From contig OZ241907.1 in the NCBI GenBank assembly GCA_965203515.1, forward strand, positions 3,552,001-3,616,000: a stretch of DNA of 64,000 nt, written 5' to 3'. This document shows positions 28,310-39,869 of this stretch, one piece after another. The notes below the pieces were generated by a model. That model worked only from the letters and a program-made list of their open reading frames with translations. It searched no databases and was not told the DNA's origin. Made by a program: the position numbers and the translations under genes. The DNA comes from Spirochaetia bacterium. Its GTDB lineage: Bacteria > Spirochaetota > Spirochaetia > SZUA-6 > Bin103. Positions within the stretch are counted from its first letter, which is position 1. Each line of letters begins with the position of its first letter.

Positions 28310-30607
28310 ATGAGACGCATCTTCGCCTTACTGCTCAGTCTGTCCCTGGCCGTGCTGCCGGCCGCGGTCGGTTTCGCCCAGGGAACCGACGCCGCGCCGG
28401 CGCGCGCCGAGGGCCCCGACATGATGTGGGTCACCTGGATCGGCTCGGTCGCCGCTCTGGGCTTCTCGCTGATCCTGGCGCTCGCCGTGCTGCGCAAGGA
28501 GCCCGGCAACGAACGCATGCGGGACCTCAGCCGGGCCGTGCAGGAGGGGGCCATCGCCTACCTGAAACAGCAATACAAGGTCGTCGCGATCTTCTTCGTG
28601 GTGCTGTTCGCAATTCTGGGGGTGATCGCCTGGGGCCTGCGGCTGCTGTCCGGCTTCGTGCCGTTCGCGTTCATCACCGGCGGGTTCTTTTCCGCGCTGG
28701 CCGGTTTCATCGGCATGACCGTGGCGACCCGAGCCAACGCGCGCACCGCCTGGGGCGCTCGCCAGAGCCTCAACGCCGGGCTCCGCGTGGCCTTCTCATC
28801 GGGAACGGTGATGGGCATGACGGTCGTCGGCCTGGGGCTGCTCGACATCTCGATCTGGTGGTGGCTGCTGCGCGCGGTCTTCGACGTCCCGCCGGAGGAG
28901 ATACCGCCGATCATGATCACCTTCGGCATGGGCGCCTCCGCGATGGCGCTGTTCGCCCGCCTGGGCGGCGGCATCTTCACCAAGGCGGCCGACGTAGGAG
29001 CCGATCTGGTCGGCAAGGTTGAGGCCGGCATCCCGGAGGACGATCCCCGCAACCCGGCGTCGATCGCCGACAACGTGGGCGACAACGTCGGCGACGTAGC
29101 CGGCATGGGCGCCGACCTGTACGAGTCGTACGTCGGCTCCATCATCGCCACCATGGCGCTGGGAGCGGTCGCGTCGCTCGGTCTGGACTCGATATCGGCC
29201 ATGCAGGCGATCCAGGTCCCGGTGTCGATCGCCACGATCGGCGTGCTCTGCTCGATCCTCGGCACCTTCGTCGTGCGCGCCAAGGGGGACGCCAGCCAGG
29301 CGGTGCTGCTCAGCGCCTTGCGGCGCGGCACCTACGGTTCGACCGCGCTGATCGCGATCGGCTCCTTCGTGCTGGTCATGCTGACGCTCGGCGGCGAGTT
29401 CCTGGGCATCTGGGCCGCCATGATCGTCGGGCTGATCGCCGGCAACATCATCGGCTACTTCACCGAGTACTACACCTCCGACCACTACAAGCCGACGCAG
29501 CTCCTCTCCAATGAGGCGATCACCGGCCCCGCCACCACGATCATCGGCGGCGTGTCGCTGGGGATGCTCTCCACGCTGATTCCGGTGCTCACCGTGGTCG
29601 TGGCGACGCTCGCGGCCTTCTTCCTGTCGGGCGGGGCCGCCACTCCCGGCCTGGGCCTGTACGGGATCGGGTTGTCGGCGGTCGGCATGCTGTCGACGCT
29701 CGGCATTACCCTGGCCACCGACGCGTACGGGCCGGTGGCGGACAACGCCGGCGGCATCGCGGAGATGGCCAAGATGGAGCCGCACGTGCGCGAGCGCACC
29801 GACGCGCTCGACTCGCTGGGCAACACCACCGCCGCCACCGGCAAGGGCTTCGCGATCGGCTCCGCCGCGCTCACGGCGCTGGCGCTGCTGGCCGAGTACG
29901 GCAACAAGATCGTCGAGGCGTTCGAGCAACTCACGATCTCGCCCCTGTTCGAGGAGTTCTACTCCGGCGTGGTGGAGATCGTGCGCGGCGCCGACGGCCA
30001 CGTCACCGACGTGGTCATGAACATCAACCTCCTGGACCCGAAGATCCTCATCGGCCTGTTCATCGGCGCCATGCTGCCGTTCGTCTTCTCGTCCCTGTCG
30101 ATGCGCGCGGTGGGCCGAGCCGCCGGCGACATGGTCAAGGAGGTGCGTCGGCAGTTCCGGGAGAAGCCGGGCATGCTGGACGGCAAGGACCGCCCGGATT
30201 ACGCCGGCTGCGTGGCGATCTCCACCCAGGGCGCGCAGCGCGAGATGCTGGTGCCGTCGCTGCTGGCGGTGGTGGCGCCGATTCTGACCGGGATCGTCTT
30301 CGGACCGTTCACGGTGATCGCGCTGCTGGCCGGCGCGCTCACCTCCGGATTCGTGCTGGCCATCATGATGGCCAACGCCGGAGGCGCCTGGGACAACGCC
30401 AAGAAGTTCATCGAGGGCGGCGCGCACGGCGGCAAGGGTTCCGATCCGCACAAGGCGGCGGTCGTGGGCGACACGGTCGGCGACCCCTTCAAGGACACCT
30501 CGGGGCCGTCGATCAACATCCTCCTGAAGCTGATGTCGATGGTCTCGATCGTGTTCGTCACTACCGTGATCGCGCTGAACGACCTGTTCATACGGCTCTT
30601 TTCCTGA
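28310..30607 (+). CDS. hppA: Membrane-bound cation-translocating pyrophosphatase (K+-dependent type)
   Basis: GGIFTKAADVGADLVGKVE, DNVGDNVGD, DAYGPVADNAGG, GNTTAATGKGF (Ala rather than Lys), GDTVGDPFKD. Confidence 0.96.
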   Translation: MRRIFALLLSLSLAVLPAAVGFAQGTDAAPARAEGPDMMWVTWIGSVAALGFSLILALAVLRKEPGNERMRDLSRAVQEGAIAYLKQQYKVVAIFFVVLFAILGVIAWGLRLLSGFVPFAFITGGFFSALAGFIGMTVATRANARTAWGARQSLNAGLRVAFSSGTVMGMTVVGLGLLDISIWWWLLRAVFDVPPEEIPPIMITFGMGASAMALFARLGGGIFTKAADVGADLVGKVEAGIPEDDPRNPASIADNVGDNVGDVAGMGADLYESYVGSIIATMALGAVASLGLDSISAMQAIQVPVSIATIGVLCSILGTFVVRAKGDASQAVLLSALRRGTYGSTALIAIGSFVLVMLTLGGEFLGIWAAMIVGLIAGNIIGYFTEYYTSDHYKPTQLLSNEAITGPATTIIGGVSLGMLSTLIPVLTVVVATLAAFFLSGGAATPGLGLYGIGLSAVGMLSTLGITLATDAYGPVADNAGGIAEMAKMEPHVRERTDALDSLGNTTAATGKGFAIGSAALTALALLAEYGNKIVEAFEQLTISPLFEEFYSGVVEIVRGADGHVTDVVMNINLLDPKILIGLFIGAMLPFVFSSLSMRAVGRAAGDMVKEVRRQFREKPGMLDGKDRPDYAGCVAISTQGAQREMLVPSLLAVVAPILTGIVFGPFTVIALLAGALTSGFVLAIMMANAGGAWDNAKKFIEGGAHGGKGSDPHKAAVVGDTVGDPFKDTSGPSINILLKLMSMVSIVFVTTVIALNDLFIRLFS

Positions 30608-30653
30608 TCCGCTCCGGGTACGCCGGTACTCCGGTACGCCGGCCGGTACGCCG

Positions 30654-31274
30654 CTAGTCGATGCGGTAGCCGCGGCCGCGTACGGTGACGATCGGCGGCC
30701 CGGCCGCCGGTCGGGCCGCGCCCGCCGGCCCGGTCACTGCGGCCGACCCGGTCACTGCGGTCAGATGGCGCCGGAGGGCGGTGACGTGCATGTCGACGGC
30801 CCGGCTGCGCCGGCCGGGCGGCCGACCCCAGATCGCGTAGAACAGCGCGTCACGGGTCACCGTGGAGCCGCGGTTGGCCACCAGCATCCGCAGGATCTCG
30901 GCTTGCTGCGCCCCCAGCATGACGGCGCCCGCCGGCCCCGACAGGACCCGTCCCGACAGCCCCAGAGCGCCGCCGTCGCCGAACCGCGCGGCCGCCTTGG
31001 CGGCGTGGACGGTGCGGAGCGCGCGCAGCTCCAGCTCCTGCGGCGTCCACGGGTCGCGCAGGTAGTCGGCGCAGCCGGCAAGGAACAGCCGCGGCAGCGC
31101 GGACTCCGGCCCGTAGGCGATCAGGGGCCAAGCCGGCTCGACCGGTCCGGCAAGCAGGCGTTCGGCGACGTCGGCCGGCATGACGGCGGCCGCGTAGCGC
31201 GAGTCGCGCGGCGCCGGCGGCTCGGCGACGATAGCGAGCGTGAATCCCGCGATCCTGCGGGAATAGGCGTCCAC
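30654..31274 (-). CDS. Winged-helix (OmpR-type) regulator with degenerate receiver region
   Basis: GCADYLRDPW, SRAVDMHVTALRR, TVRGRGYRI. Confidence 0.75.
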   Translation of the reverse strand: MDAYSRRIAGFTLAIVAEPPAPRDSRYAAAVMPADVAERLLAGPVEPAWPLIAYGPESALPRLFLAGCADYLRDPWTPQELELRALRTVHAAKAAARFGDGGALGLSGRVLSGPAGAVMLGAQQAEILRMLVANRGSTVTRDALFYAIWGRPPGRRSRAVDMHVTALRRHLTAVTGSAAVTGPAGAARPAAGPPIVTVRGRGYRID

Positions 31275-31360
31275 GCGAGCGCCCAGCGCACCGGACGCGG
31301 CCAGCAGGCAGACGCGCGGCAGCGCCCGGTCGACCGCGGCCGTTGAGGACCGTGGCTCCG

Positions 31361-32092
31361 TCAGGAACCTGGCGTGCCCTGGCCCTGGGCCGAACTCTCC
31401 GAGGTCTTGTCCTCGATCTGCCCCATCTTCCGCTTCAGGTCTTCGAGCAGCCGGTCCGCCGAGGTGTCGCCGGCCTCGAGCTGTTTGAACTCGCGCTCCA
31501 GCGCCTTGTCACCGGCGTCCAGTTCGTTGAGCTCGCGTTCGGCGTCCGCCTGCGCTTCGATCTGATCGACCTTCTTGGACATGCGGTCGAACGCCTCGAA
31601 CGCGGAGGTATCGCGTGAGACGCTCAAGGTCGACTGGATGCGCTGCTGCGCCTCGGCCCGCTTGGCGCGGGCGATCAGGATGTTCTTCTTGCGCTGCGCT
31701 TCCTCGATCTTCTGGGTGAGATCGCGCAGCGATCCCTTGAGCTGCTCGACCGCGTCGCGCTGCGCCTGCCACTGCTCCTGATAGCTGGAGACGTATTCTG
31801 CCAGCTCCTGCTTGCGCACCAGAGCGCGCTTGGCCAGCTCGTCCTTGCCCTCGCGCACCGCCAGGACGGCGCGTTTCTCCCAGTCTTCCGACTGCGCCCG
31901 CTGCTGCAGCAGTTGACGCTCGAGCTGCTTCTCATCCGCGATGGCGCTGGCGACCGCCTTCTTGGATTCGATGAGCTGGCCGTTCATGTCCTCGATCAGC
32001 TGCGTGAGCATCTTTTCGGGATTCTCCGCCTTGCTGATCATGTCGTTGATGTTCGACTTGACGACCCTGCGGAACCGATCGAACAGGCCCAT
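31361..32092 (-). CDS. pspA: PspA/IM30 family protein
   Basis: MGLFDRFRRVVKSNIN..ISKAENPEKML, coiled coil, AFDRM. Confidence 0.93.
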   Translation of the reverse strand: MGLFDRFRRVVKSNINDMISKAENPEKMLTQLIEDMNGQLIESKKAVASAIADEKQLERQLLQQRAQSEDWEKRAVLAVREGKDELAKRALVRKQELAEYVSSYQEQWQAQRDAVEQLKGSLRDLTQKIEEAQRKKNILIARAKRAEAQQRIQSTLSVSRDTSAFEAFDRMSKKVDQIEAQADAERELNELDAGDKALEREFKQLEAGDTSADRLLEDLKRKMGQIEDKTSESSAQGQGTPGS

Positions 32093-32093
32093 A

Positions 32094-32486
32094 TCAGTCG
32101 CCCCCCGTTTTCACCAGCGGCAGAAGCCGCTCATAGTGCTCGGCGACCGACAGGCTGATCGCGTCGAGCGTTGCCTGGAACTCCTCGAGGTCGATCGTCT
32201 CGCTGAGCAGCGTGTTGAGCATGACGACGGAGTTCCCTTCCAGAGCGTAGGCGCCGTGCAGCAGATCGGTGCCGTTGAGGCGCAAGAGTTCGGAATAGAG
32301 CGCGCAGTGGTCGCCCGGCGGCAGGTCGGTGACTTTGAGCCGGAAGATGATCACCGGGTCTTCGTGCACGACGATGAGGTTCTCTACCCCTCGCTCCTCG
32401 TCGTTGATCACCCAGGTGTCGCTGTCCAGCTCCTCGAATGACAGCCCGAGCGTGTGGAGAAAACTTTCGATTCGTTGACGGGTCAT
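32094..32486 (-). CDS. CesT/YbjN-like chaperone-fold protein
   Basis: About 130 aa, acidic, with LLRLNGTDLLHGAYAL. Adjacent to pspA. Confidence 0.7.
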   Translation of the reverse strand: MTRQRIESFLHTLGLSFEELDSDTWVINDEERGVENLIVVHEDPVIIFRLKVTDLPPGDHCALYSELLRLNGTDLLHGAYALEGNSVVMLNTLLSETIDLEEFQATLDAISLSVAEHYERLLPLVKTGGD

Positions 32487-33067
32487 GCTGCGAACACCTG
32501 TGCGCCGTTGTTGATCGCCAGGACCGCCTGGCACTGCGAGCAGCGAAATCGGCCGGACTTGACGGCGCGAAGCCGGGCCGAGCATGCGGGACACTCCACC
32601 ACATGCGGGAAGAGGACCGCCGGCGCGGTCCGTTCGGGCGCGGCGAGCAGGGCTACCGCTTCGTCGAGCTCCGCGGCGACGGCGAACAGGTCGGCAAAGC
32701 CGAGCAGCCGGAACAGGTCGCCCGCCGGCTCCGGGAGGGCGGCCAGCGCCACGTCCCCGCCGCGCAGCCGCACCGTTCGCTGCAGGCCGGCGAACGCCCC
32801 GATCGCGGCGCCGGACAGCTCGCGGAGTCCGGCGCAGTCCAGGATCAGCCGATCGAAGCCGGCGTGCACCGCGGCGCCGGTGCGGTCCCGGAACCGGTCC
32901 AGGTCATCGGCGCCGATGCGGCCGCTCAAGTGGAGCGCCATGCAGCCTTCGATCCGGTCGACCACCTGCGACTCGATCGTAAGATCGGCCGGTCGCGCGC
33001 CGAGCCCGGCGCTCGGTCGCCTGGTCGCGGGTTCGGCCATTGCGGGTTCGGCGGTGGCGGTGGACAC
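32483..33067 (-). CDS. STAS-domain anti-sigma-factor antagonist with C-terminal zinc ribbon
   Basis: STAS-like LILDCAGLRELSGAAIG...LFRLLGF, followed by CPAC..CSQC. Confidence 0.75.
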   Translation of the reverse strand: MSTATAEPAMAEPATRRPSAGLGARPADLTIESQVVDRIEGCMALHLSGRIGADDLDRFRDRTGAAVHAGFDRLILDCAGLRELSGAAIGAFAGLQRTVRLRGGDVALAALPEPAGDLFRLLGFADLFAVAAELDEAVALLAAPERTAPAVLFPHVVECPACSARLRAVKSGRFRCSQCQAVLAINNGAQVFAA

Positions 33068-33134
33068 GACGCCGCCAGTATAGCCGCGGCGGTCCGGCCC
33101 GGTCAAATGTCGCCGTCCCGGCCGGGTCGCCGCG

Positions 33135-34243
<1,109 letters not shown>

Positions 34244-34247
<4 letters not shown>

Positions 34248-35020
34248 GGCTTCGTCCGCGGTTGCCGCGCGCCGCGATGCCACAGGAGGCGCACGGCCGT
34301 GATCGCCGCTACCGCCGCGGTCTCCGCCCGGAGCACCGCGGCGCCCAGCGCGCAGCGGCGAAAGCCGGCGCGGACGATGCGGTCGAGCTCCGGGGCCGTG
34401 AAGCCGCCTTCCGGGCCGACCAGCAGCCAGACCGGCTTGGCGGGGTCGAGCGCGTCCGGCAGGTCGACCTCCGCATCGCCGCGCGCCGGAGGCTGGAAGA
34501 CCAGCTTGCCGGCGGTCGTGTCGGGCGCCTCCCGCAGCAGCTCCGCCAGGCCGCGGGCGGCCTCGATCGCCGGCAGCGGCCGCCGGCCGCTCTGCTGGCC
34601 GGCGCTGCGCGCGATCCGCTGCCAGCGCGGCCGGCGCGGATGCGCGCGGCCGGCCGGCGCCGAACGGTCGGTCAGCAGCGGGACGATGCGCGCCGCGCCC
34701 AGCTCGGTCGCCTGCCGGACGATCAGGTCCATCGCCGCCGGCTTGACGACCGCCTGCGCGATCGTGATCGGCGGCGCCGGCGGCGGCTCGTCGTCAGGGA
34801 TCGGGCGCAGCGTGACCGACAGCCGGTCGCTGCCGCGTTCCCGGATCGTCATGGCAAAGCGCGCCCCGTCCGGGGTACTGGCCGGAATGCTGTCGCCCGG
34901 ACCGAGCCGGCGTACGTGCGCGAGGTAATGGAAGTCCTTGCCGGTCAGCACCGCCCCCCGCGCCGCGCCGTTCCGTCCGCCGGCCGCCAGCGCGTCGTGG
35001 GGAATGATGAACTGCTGCAC
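34244..35020 (-). CDS. rsmE: 16S rRNA m3U1498 methyltransferase
   Basis: HYLAHVRRL, QATELGA, VGPEGGF, LGAAVLRAETA. Confidence 0.92.
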
Positions 35021-35038
35021 TCCCTGCTCGCCGACGGG

Positions 35039-36628
35039 CTACTCGCCGGCGGGCGGCGCGGGCGGATGCGTCCGGCGCTCCGGCGTTGCCGGCGGCGCCG
35101 GCGCCGCCGGATGAGCAAGATCGGCGGCGACGCTGTCGGCAGCCGCCGGCGAGGCGTCGACCGGAAAGGAGGACGCGGTGACCTCGCCGGTACGGAGCAG
35201 CCGCACCGCTTCGATCACCGACGGGTCGTTGACCAGATCGTAGATCGGGGTCTGCCGGTGGATGCGCGCGATGGCGCGGGCCAGCTTCCGCCTGACCATC
35301 CGCTCGTCGATCTCGATGCAGCCGTCCGCACTGGCCCGATCGAGGCCGCCCGGGCACGCGCCGCCGATATCGGCTTCCTCCACGTCCGCCAGCAGTTGCC
35401 GTATCTCCGCTTCGGTCGGCTCCGGGTGCTCCAGCGCGAAGCGCACCAGCAGCTCCGACATGCCGAACCGGTCGAGCGTGTAGAGCGCTTCCGGGCTCAG
35501 CTCCGGCTCGGTGATGCGGTGGGGGGCGACGCCGACGCCGTCGATGCGGATGCCGTCGGGCGTGAAGTACCGAGCGGTGGTCACCTTGACCGCCCGATCG
35601 TCCTCGATGCGCATCACCTGCTGCACGGACCCCTTGCCGAAGCTGCGCTGACCGATCAGATAGGCGCGCTCGTGGTCCTTCAGCGCGCCGGCCAGAATCT
35701 CGGCGGCCGATGCCGAGCGGCCGTCGATCAGCACGATGACCGGCAGGTCGCGGCCGACGACGGTGGCGCGCCGCGTCGCGGAGTAGTCCTGATTCTCGCT
35801 CTCCACGCGGGAACGCGTCTTCACGATCGTTCCCTCGTCCAGGAACAGATCGGCGACCTCGACGACCGCGGCGAGCAGGCCGCCGGAGTTGCCGCGGAGA
35901 TCGACGATGAGCGATCGCAGGCCGCCGCCCAGGTCGCTCAGCGCTTCCTGCACTCGGTCGGCGGTCTTGTTGGTGAACTGGCTCACCAGCAGGTACCCGA
36001 TATCGGGCTCGATCAGCGCGTACCGCACGGTCGGGACCTCGATCAGCTCGCGCGTGACGGTCACCTCCAGCGTCCGGCCGGCGCGGGCCAGGGAGACGCG
36101 GACCTCCGAACCGGGCGGACCGCGCAGGCGGGCCACGGCGCCGGCGCCGTCCAGGTCGCCGATGTCGGCGCCGTCGACGCCCACGATCAGGTCGCCGGCC
36201 TCGATGCCGGCCGCCTGCGCCGGCGAGCCGGCGAACGGCTCGATGACCAGCATGCCGCCGTCGACCTCCTCGATGTAGAGGCCCAGGCCGCCGAACTCGC
36301 CGGTGGTCAGATCGTTCAGGTCGTCGATGCCGTCCCGGTCGACGAAGGTGGTGTAGGGATCGTCGACCGCCTGCAACATCCCCTGCAGCGCCCCGGTCAG
36401 CAACAGATCGGTGTCGGCGTCGGCGGCGTCGACGTAGTTGCGCTGCACGAAGTCGAGCACGTCACGCAGAATCGCCGCGGCCCGCTCCGATTCGCGGGTG
36501 CGGTTCTGCGCCGGCGCCTGCGGCGCCAGGACGAGCAGCGTGCCGGCAAACGCGGCGCTTACGGCGGCGGTCGTCCAGAATGCTCGACGGATCCCGAGCC
36601 TTGGCCGTTGCAGCTCAGGTTCCTGCAT
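35039..36628 (-). CDS. ctpA: S41 carboxy-terminal processing protease
   Basis: DPYT, PDZ domain, DLRGNSGGLL, SASAAEILAGAL, SFGKGSVQ. Confidence 0.92.
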   Translation of the reverse strand: MQEPELQRPRLGIRRAFWTTAAVSAAFAGTLLVLAPQAPAQNRTRESERAAAILRDVLDFVQRNYVDAADADTDLLLTGALQGMLQAVDDPYTTFVDRDGIDDLNDLTTGEFGGLGLYIEEVDGGMLVIEPFAGSPAQAAGIEAGDLIVGVDGADIGDLDGAGAVARLRGPPGSEVRVSLARAGRTLEVTVTRELIEVPTVRYALIEPDIGYLLVSQFTNKTADRVQEALSDLGGGLRSLIVDLRGNSGGLLAAVVEVADLFLDEGTIVKTRSRVESENQDYSATRRATVVGRDLPVIVLIDGRSASAAEILAGALKDHERAYLIGQRSFGKGSVQQVMRIEDDRAVKVTTARYFTPDGIRIDGVGVAPHRITEPELSPEALYTLDRFGMSELLVRFALEHPEPTEAEIRQLLADVEEADIGGACPGGLDRASADGCIEIDERMVRRKLARAIARIHRQTPIYDLVNDPSVIEAVRLLRTGEVTASSFPVDASPAAADSVAADLAHPAAPAPPATPERRTHPPAPPAGE

Positions 36629-36700
36629 GATCCTGCCGATTCTCAGAGCGGGTCGGAGCGTGTGTCAACGATCGCATACACGTTCTATCATGCCGATCTG

Positions 36701-37759
36701 ATGACCGGAGGCTACATCCCGTTTCCCGCCTGGCTCAATCCGGAGATCATACCCGGACTGCCGCTTCGCTGGTACGGCCTGACGTACCTGGTGGCGTTCT
36801 ACCTCACGTACCGGTTGCTGCGCGTCCGCATCGCCGAGCGGAACCTGCAGGTGAACCGGGATACGGTGTTGAATCTCTTCTTCTGGGGGATCGTCGGCGT
36901 GCTGATCGGCGGCCGGCTGATCTCCGTCACGGTCTACGATCCGACCGGCCATTACCTGCGCAATCCGCTGCAGATCATCGTTCCCTTCGTTCAGGAGGCG
37001 GGCAGGCTGCGCTTCGTCGGCCTGCAGGGCATGGCCTATCACGGCGGCCTGCTCGGCGCGATCGTCGCGGTCGCCCTCTACTGCCGCGCCAAGCGGCTGC
37101 CGGTCGCGGAATGGATGGACATGATCGCCGCCTGCACCCCGCTGGGCTACACCTTCGGCCGGCTCGGCAACTTCATCAACGGCGAGCTGTACGGTCGGGT
37201 CACCACCGTACCGTGGGGGATGGTCTTTCCCGACGCGCCCGGCTTTCCGGCCGACCAGGCGTGGGTGCGGCAGATGGCGGAGCGTTCCGGGATCGAAATC
37301 GGCGCGGAGCAGTTGCTGGTCAATCTGGCTCGCCATCCATCGCAGCTCTACGAGGCCGCCCTGGAAGGGCTGCTGCTGTTCGTGGTGCTGTGGGTCGTGC
37401 TGCGCAAGCGCTCGCCGTTCCCGGGCGCGCTGTTCTCAGCCTATCTGGTCGGCTACGGGGTCGTGCGCTTCGCGGTGGAGTACGTCCGGCAGCCGGACCC
37501 GGGCCTCGACTTCCCGATCATGCTGGTCGAGGTGGCCAATCCGGCGCAGACTTCGCTGCTCAACTTCACGACCGGTCAGATACTGTCGGCGATCATGATC
37601 GCGGCCGGCGCGGCCGTGTTCTTCGTGTGCCGGCGCCGCGCCGCGCAGGCCGGCCCGACGCCGGGCGGCGCCGGGCCGGCCGCCGCATCGGCGCCGCATC
37701 CCCGATCGGGCCGGTCGCGCCGCCGGCGCGCCGCGGCCCGGCGCTCGGCCCGGTCGTGA
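36701..37759 (+). CDS. lgt: Prolipoprotein diacylglyceryl transferase
   Basis: LRWYGL, GMAYHGG, GRLGNFINGELYGR, HPSQLYE. Confidence 0.95.
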   Translation: MTGGYIPFPAWLNPEIIPGLPLRWYGLTYLVAFYLTYRLLRVRIAERNLQVNRDTVLNLFFWGIVGVLIGGRLISVTVYDPTGHYLRNPLQIIVPFVQEAGRLRFVGLQGMAYHGGLLGAIVAVALYCRAKRLPVAEWMDMIAACTPLGYTFGRLGNFINGELYGRVTTVPWGMVFPDAPGFPADQAWVRQMAERSGIEIGAEQLLVNLARHPSQLYEAALEGLLLFVVLWVVLRKRSPFPGALFSAYLVGYGVVRFAVEYVRQPDPGLDFPIMLVEVANPAQTSLLNFTTGQILSAIMIAAGAAVFFVCRRRAAQAGPTPGGAGPAAASAPHPRSGRSRRRRAAARRSARS

Positions 37760-37826
37760 ACGGCCGCCCGATCGTGCAGGCCGCGTCCGCCCGGGTTGCC
37801 GGCTCGCCTTCAATTGTCTACGGTAG

Positions 37827-37898
37827 TGGGCGATACTGGATTCGAACCAGTGACTTCTACCGTGTGAAGGTAGCACTCTCCCGCTGAGTTAATCGCCC
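37827..37898 (-). tRNA. tRNA-Val(CAC)
   Basis: Cloverleaf GGGCGAT...CTACC-TTCACAC-GGTAG...GGTTCGAATCC...ATCGCCC-A. CCA not encoded. Confidence 0.95.
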
Positions 37899-37978
37899 TT
37901 GGAGCACCAGTGTATCGCATAGCGTCGCAAACGTCACGCGCCCTGGCATCACGCGCCCGGGGAACGCTTGCGATCCCG

Positions 37979-38650
37979 GTGGTCGGTCCGGTGGTCGATC
38001 CGCGGCGGCCGGCGGTCGCGGCCGCCGGTCCGGACCGCTTCGGTCTGGGCCGGGCCGGTCTGGACCGGGCCGGTCTCGACCGGGAGCTGATGCGCAAGGC
38101 GATCCATCTGCTGGTCGCGCTGGTCCCGCCGCTCGCCTCCGTGCACCTCTCGCTCACCATGGGCCTGCTCATGGCGGGCACCCTGTTCTACACCGTCGCC
38201 GAGGCGATGCGGTTGACCGGCATGCGCGTGGCGGTGGTGTCGGGGCTCACCGCGGCGGCGGCGCGGCCGGGCGACGCCGGGTTCGTGCTGGGGCCGGTCA
38301 CGCTCGGCCTGGGCGCCATGCTGGCGCTGCTGCTCTATCCGTTGCCGGCGTCGGCGATCGCGATCTACGCGCTGGCGTTCGGCGACGCCGCCGCCAGCGT
38401 GGTCGGCATGGCGTGCGCGGGGCGGCGCCTGCCGCTCAACCGCAACAAGACCGTCGCCGGGAGCCTGGCCTGCTTCGCCGCCGTGTTTCTGATTACGGTC
38501 GCCCTGACCGCCGACGCCCGCCTGTCGGCCGCCGTGGCCGCCGCCGCCATGACGATCGAGGCGCTGTCGGGCCGCGATCTCGACAACCTGCTGCTCCCCG
38601 TCGGCGTCGGGATGGTCGCGCAGGCGGTGCGGATGCTGCCGGCTGCCTGA
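37979..38650 (+). CDS. Phytol/dolichol kinase-like (cytidylyltransferase family) membrane protein
   Basis: ELMRKAIH, FGDAAASVVG, KTVAGSLA, DNLLLP. Start uncertain. Confidence 0.8.
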   Translation: MVGPVVDPRRPAVAAAGPDRFGLGRAGLDRAGLDRELMRKAIHLLVALVPPLASVHLSLTMGLLMAGTLFYTVAEAMRLTGMRVAVVSGLTAAAARPGDAGFVLGPVTLGLGAMLALLLYPLPASAIAIYALAFGDAAASVVGMACAGRRLPLNRNKTVAGSLACFAAVFLITVALTADARLSAAVAAAAMTIEALSGRDLDNLLLPVGVGMVAQAVRMLPAA

Positions 38651-38656
38651 TCGGTC

Positions 38657-39862
38657 ATGCGAAACATCGGTCTGCTCACCAGCGGGGGCGATGCACCCGG
38701 ACTCAACGCGGTGCTGTGCGGCGCCGCGGCCATGGCCGAGGCGCGCGGCGCACGGGCGTGGATCATCCCCAACGGTTACGCCGGCCTCTACAATCTGGAA
38801 CGGCTCCCCAAGCTGATCGAGCTCGACGCGGCCCGGCGCGACGCGATCGACTGCGCGATGGCCGGCTCGGCGGCGGGTCATTCCCGCATCAAGATCGCCG
38901 CGATCCCGGATGAGCGGCGTTACGAGCGGATCGCCGCCGGCCTGCGGCGCTTTTCGATCGACGGTCTGGTGATCGCGGGGGGCGACGATACCGGATCGGT
39001 GGTCGTCGACCTGGCCGACCGGGGCATCGCGGTCGTGCACGCGCCCAAGACGATCGACCTCGACCTGCAGACCTACTCGGTCGGGGGAGATACCGCGGCC
39101 AATCGGATCGCGCGCATCGTCGCCGATCTCAAGTCGACCGGCCGCAGCCACAACCGGGTGATGATCACGGAGGCGTTCGGGCGCTACGCCGGCCACGTCG
39201 CGCTGTGCGGCGGCATCGCCGCCGACGCCGACTGCATCCTGCTGCCGGAGATACCGGTCGACTTCGATATCGTCCACCGGCACCTCAAGCGCCGGCTGCT
39301 CGGCCGCCTGCGCGCCGCCGACGGCTTCGCCGCCACCTATACGGTCGTGGCGGCCGAGGGAATGACGACGGTCGACGGGACGACCGTGATCGACGAAAGC
39401 GTCGCCGTCGACGCCTTCGGCCACCGCAAGCTCACCGGCGCGGGCCGCTACGTCCGCGATCAGCTGCAGTCGCGGCTCGACGGCGATCCCGAGGTCCGGC
39501 AGGCGATGCGGGAGCTCGGCCTGTACGTGCCGACCCTCTACGAGGTGCCGGAGGCGCGTGAGGTGGTCCCCGCGCACGTGGTGCGCGCCGGCGTCACCTC
39601 CGTGTTCGACGTCAACTTCGGCAAGCGGATCGGCGCGGGCGCCGTGCTGCTGCTGCTGGCCGGCGTGGCGGGCGTGACGGTGAGCTGGGTCGACGGCGAG
39701 ACCGTCTCGTACCTGCCGACCCGCACGGCGATCGAGCAGCGGTACGTCGATCCGGCGATCGTGCGCCTGTACGAGGAACTGGGGGTCTGCTTCGGCCGGC
39801 GTCCCGAGCGGTACGCGCCGGAGCTGCGCGAGCTGGACCGACCGCAGCCGCGCTATCTCTGA
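38657..39862 (+). CDS. pfkA: 6-phosphofructokinase family, probably PPi-dependent
   Basis: TSGGDAPGLN, GGDDT and PKTIDLD (Asp/Lys signature of PPi-type enzymes). Confidence 0.88.
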   Translation: MRNIGLLTSGGDAPGLNAVLCGAAAMAEARGARAWIIPNGYAGLYNLERLPKLIELDAARRDAIDCAMAGSAAGHSRIKIAAIPDERRYERIAAGLRRFSIDGLVIAGGDDTGSVVVDLADRGIAVVHAPKTIDLDLQTYSVGGDTAANRIARIVADLKSTGRSHNRVMITEAFGRYAGHVALCGGIAADADCILLPEIPVDFDIVHRHLKRRLLGRLRAADGFAATYTVVAAEGMTTVDGTTVIDESVAVDAFGHRKLTGAGRYVRDQLQSRLDGDPEVRQAMRELGLYVPTLYEVPEAREVVPAHVVRAGVTSVFDVNFGKRIGAGAVLLLLAGVAGVTVSWVDGETVSYLPTRTAIEQRYVDPAIVRLYEELGVCFGRRPERYAPELRELDRPQPRYL

Positions 39863-39869
39863 AGCCGCG